Positions 61,576-64,000 of a stretch of 64,000 nt of DNA are shown here, one piece after another. The notes under the pieces are model-generated. The model saw nothing but the letters and a program-made list of their open reading frames with translations. It had not been told where the DNA came from and did not search any database. The DNA is from an uncultured Clostridia bacterium (lineage in GTDB: Bacteria > Bacillota > Clostridia > Oscillospirales > Oscillospiraceae), in NCBI GenBank assembly GCA_945915065.1, contig CAMEER010000004.1, positions 5,360 to 69,359 on the forward strand, in the 5' to 3' direction. How positions within the stretch are numbered: the stretch's first letter is position 1; each line of letters starts with the position of its first letter. The translations under genes were made by a program, and so were the position numbers.

Positions 61576-62388
61576 ATGGGTAATATCACCGACATTTTGA
61601 AAACTTCTCTGGGCGGCTATAGTCTCGGCAATATCCTGTCCGCCATTGTGACGCTGCTGGTATGCCTTGTGGTGGTGCGGCTGTTGATGAAACTGGTGAC
61701 GAAGCTGGTGGGCCGTGCCCGCCGTATCAATGACCGGCTGCAAAAGATCATTCTTTCCGCCATCAAGGCTGTCCTCTATGTGCTGACAGTCATCATTACG
61801 GCGGAGGCGTTGGGCGTGAATACCACTTCCCTGACAGCCATCATGTCGGTGCTGACATTGGGTATCACACTTGCGGCAGAGGATATTCTGGGCAATGTGG
61901 CCGGCGGGCTGGTTATTTTGTCCTCCCGGCCTTTCGGCATCGGCGATGTGATCGAAACCGCCGGCACGGAAGGCACCGTGCGGGAGATCACACTGAATCA
62001 CACAAAAATCGAAACCTATGACGGGCAGATTATCATGCAGCCCAATAAGGAGCTGTCCTCCTCCCGTATCATCAACTATTCCACGCTGGGCCGTCGGCGG
62101 GTGGTGCGTACTGTCACAGCGTCCTACGACGCGCCTACCGAGGCGGTGAAGGCCGCCTGTATGGAGGCGGTGGCCGCCACGCCTAAGGTGCTGTCCGACC
62201 CTGCGCCGGATGTCAGCCTTACCACATACGGCAGCAGTTCCATCGAATATACCGTCCGCTGCTGGACGGCGGTGGATGACTACTGGGGGGCGTATCATGC
62301 GCTGAATGAGAACCTGCGCAGCGCCTTTGAACGTAACGGTGTGGAAATGACCTATGACCATCTGAACGTGCATGTCGTTGAGAAATAA
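61576..62388 (+). CDS. Small-conductance mechanosensitive channel (MscS family)
   Basis: Three TM helices, NVAGG....RPFGIGD, PN......IINYS. Confidence 0.92.
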   Translation: MGNITDILKTSLGGYSLGNILSAIVTLLVCLVVVRLLMKLVTKLVGRARRINDRLQKIILSAIKAVLYVLTVIITAEALGVNTTSLTAIMSVLTLGITLAAEDILGNVAGGLVILSSRPFGIGDVIETAGTEGTVREITLNHTKIETYDGQIIMQPNKELSSSRIINYSTLGRRRVVRTVTASYDAPTEAVKAACMEAVAATPKVLSDPAPDVSLTTYGSSSIEYTVRCWTAVDDYWGAYHALNENLRSAFERNGVEMTYDHLNVHVVEK

Positions 62389-62392
62389 GAGG

Positions 62393-62432
62393 AGAAAGGC
62401 CTTTGGCTGGGCAAGCCAAAGGCCTTTTCTTT
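62393..62432 (+). terminator. Intrinsic terminator
   Basis: AAAGGCCTTTGGCT...AGCCAAAGGCCTTTT. Confidence 0.8.
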
Positions 62433-62512
62433 CCTTATCAGGAATGTGATGATCTGCCTGCGGGGGGAGAAATCGCATATTTTATGAACGAATATCGGAT
62501 GTTTTGTGAATT

Positions 62513-62554
62513 TTAGCACTCTCATATTGACAGTGCTAAAACCGGTGCTATAAT
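62513..62554 (+). promoter_or_regulatory. CIRCE (HrcA operator) overlapping the hsp20 promoter
   Basis: TTAGCACTC-N9-CAGTGCTAA (62513-62539, one mismatch); TTGACA 62527 and TATAAT 62549. Confidence 0.93.
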
Positions 62555-62688
62555 GAAGGCGATCTCTGAGAGAGGGCATTGAAAGCCCGACGGAGATCAA
62601 GAGTTTAACAGTTCTGTCATGGTAACAGAGGTTCGCCGGCGGAAGCTTTTTCCCTCTGCCGCGAAAGAATGAATGGAGGTTATGACTT

Positions 62689-63129
62689 ATGTTGCCCAGC
62701 ATTTTTGGTGAAAATCTGTTTGATGATTTCTTTTCTGATCCCTTTGGCATGATGGCCCCGCAGGGCCGCGATCCGCTGTACGGCAAGCATGCCAAGAACC
62801 TGATGAAGACCGACGTCCGCGAGACCGAGGACTCCTATGAACTGGACATCGACCTGCCCGGCTTCAAAAAGGACGAGGTCAGTGTGGAACTGAAGAACGG
62901 CTGCCTGACCATTCAGGCGGCTAAGGGTCTGGACAAAGAGGAGACGGACAAAAAGGGCAAGTACATCCGTCAGGAGCGCTACGCCGGTTCCTGCAGCCGC
63001 AGCTTCTATGTGGGCGAGGATGTGGAGCCTGACCAGATCAGCGCCAAGTTTGAAAGCGGTATCCTGCAGATCAGCGTCCCCAAGGCTGCCAAGAGACTGC
63101 CCAGAAATTCTTCCATCACGATTGACTAA
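62689..63129 (+). CDS. Hsp20/alpha-crystallin small heat shock protein
   Basis: MKTDVRE, DLPGFKK, RQERYAGSCSRSF, AKFESGILQISVPK. Confidence 0.96.
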   Translation: MLPSIFGENLFDDFFSDPFGMMAPQGRDPLYGKHAKNLMKTDVRETEDSYELDIDLPGFKKDEVSVELKNGCLTIQAAKGLDKEETDKKGKYIRQERYAGSCSRSFYVGEDVEPDQISAKFESGILQISVPKAAKRLPRNSSITID

Positions 63130-63139
63130 TGACGCATAT

Positions 63140-63173
63140 GAAAAAGGACCAGCCGCGAGGCTGGCCTTTTTTC
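63140..63173. terminator. Bidirectional terminator
   Basis: GAAAAAGGACCAGCC-GCGA-GGCTGGCCTTTTTTC. Confidence 0.8.
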
Positions 63174-63181
63174 ATGCGCTT

Positions 63182-63901
63182 TTACGCCTTGGCACAGTAG
63201 GCGGCGATGGCCTTGCCGGCAAAATCAGCCGTACCCTCGCCGCCGGCGGCGTCGATGCTGATGCGGAAACGGTCATCTGCCGTATACATCTGGCCCAGCC
63301 CCGCCAGAATCTCCGGCGTACAGGTGTAAAAATGCTTTGTGATAAACTGCTGCAGTTCCCGGACGGCAGCCTGTGCCTCCTGACCGGCGGGGTCGCCCGT
63401 CCGCAGACGGCCCATGCGGGCGAACTGCGCCATCAATCCTGCCGCGGCGTCCTTCTGATCCGCTGCCGGACGCTGCGCGGATTCCTGATAGGCGGCAGTA
63501 TTGCCCCAACGCTCCTTCACTTCGGCGGCATACTGCTCCAGCTTGCTGTTGTCAAATGCGGTAAAATCCATATGGGTCACTCCTGTTTTCATAGTCTCAC
63601 GGGCAAGATCGATCAACCGGCTCAGGCGCTCCTGCTGCAATTCCAGCAGCCTGATCTGCTGTTCCAGCGCCGTGTCCTGGTCAAACTGCGGGTCATCCAT
63701 GATCCGCTTGATCTCCTTCAGGGGAAACGCCAGTTCCCGGAACAGCAGAATGCTTTGCAGTCTTGCCAGCGCCGTATCGTCATACAGCCGGTAGCCTGCT
63801 TCCGTTACCGCCGTGGGCCTCAGTAGTCCGATGGCGTCATAGTGGTGCAGCGTGCGCACGCTGACCCCGGAGATTTGACTGGCTTCGTGTACCGTTTTCA
63901 T
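63182..63901 (-). CDS. MerR family regulator, Mta/TipA type with TipAS domain
   Basis: GVSVRTLHHYDAIGLL, GYRLY, EVKERWG, LGQMYTADDRF. Confidence 0.93.
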   Translation of the reverse strand: MKTVHEASQISGVSVRTLHHYDAIGLLRPTAVTEAGYRLYDDTALARLQSILLFRELAFPLKEIKRIMDDPQFDQDTALEQQIRLLELQQERLSRLIDLARETMKTGVTHMDFTAFDNSKLEQYAAEVKERWGNTAAYQESAQRPAADQKDAAAGLMAQFARMGRLRTGDPAGQEAQAAVRELQQFITKHFYTCTPEILAGLGQMYTADDRFRISIDAAGGEGTADFAGKAIAAYCAKA

Positions 63902-63925
63902 GGCGTATCCCTCCCGTATGACAGT

Positions 63926-63956
63926 ACCATACACTATGACGCAACGTGAGAGTCAA
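63926..63956 (-). promoter_or_regulatory. MerR-type promoter with 19-bp spacer and Mta-like operator
   Basis: TTGACT-CTCACGTTGCGTCATAGTG-TATGGT; imperfect dyad TCACG-TTG-CGTCA in the spacer. Confidence 0.85.
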
Positions 63957-64000
63957 TAGGTTTTTGGTTGATTGTAAAATCAAGTTGGACACTTGAGTAA

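Overview
GC-rich chromosomal segment of a Clostridia-class firmicute. The gene set and signal-peptide style suggest Oscillospiraceae (inference). It is mostly housekeeping: alaS under an Ala T-box, ribU under an FMN riboswitch, iscS-iscU, yceD-rpmF, der-plsY, pyrH-frr-uppS-cdsA-dxr-rseP-ispG-polC, potABCD, comEC-holA-rnmV, glnS, hsp20 with CIRCE, and an Mta-type merR. I saw no rRNA, tRNA, CRISPR array, transposase or integrase. Highlights: (1) A 47-bp non-coding element occurs twice (26069-26115 and 37365-37411, 41/47 identical). Each copy heads an AT-rich minus-strand cassette of secreted protein plus small membrane partner; one is frameshifted in an A-tract and the other appears largely deleted. 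(2) A CAT-like acetyltransferase sits between the Ala T-box and alaS. (3) A stand-alone E2-type acyltransferase domain with His->Glu is coupled to an acyl-CoA ligase. (4) An AfuA-like sugar-phosphate ABC transporter lies back-to-back with a lyxose/mannose isomerase and a PfkB kinase. (5) A redox cluster carries a Trx-TrxR fusion and an apparent deletion chimera. All family calls come from motif recognition; no searches were run.
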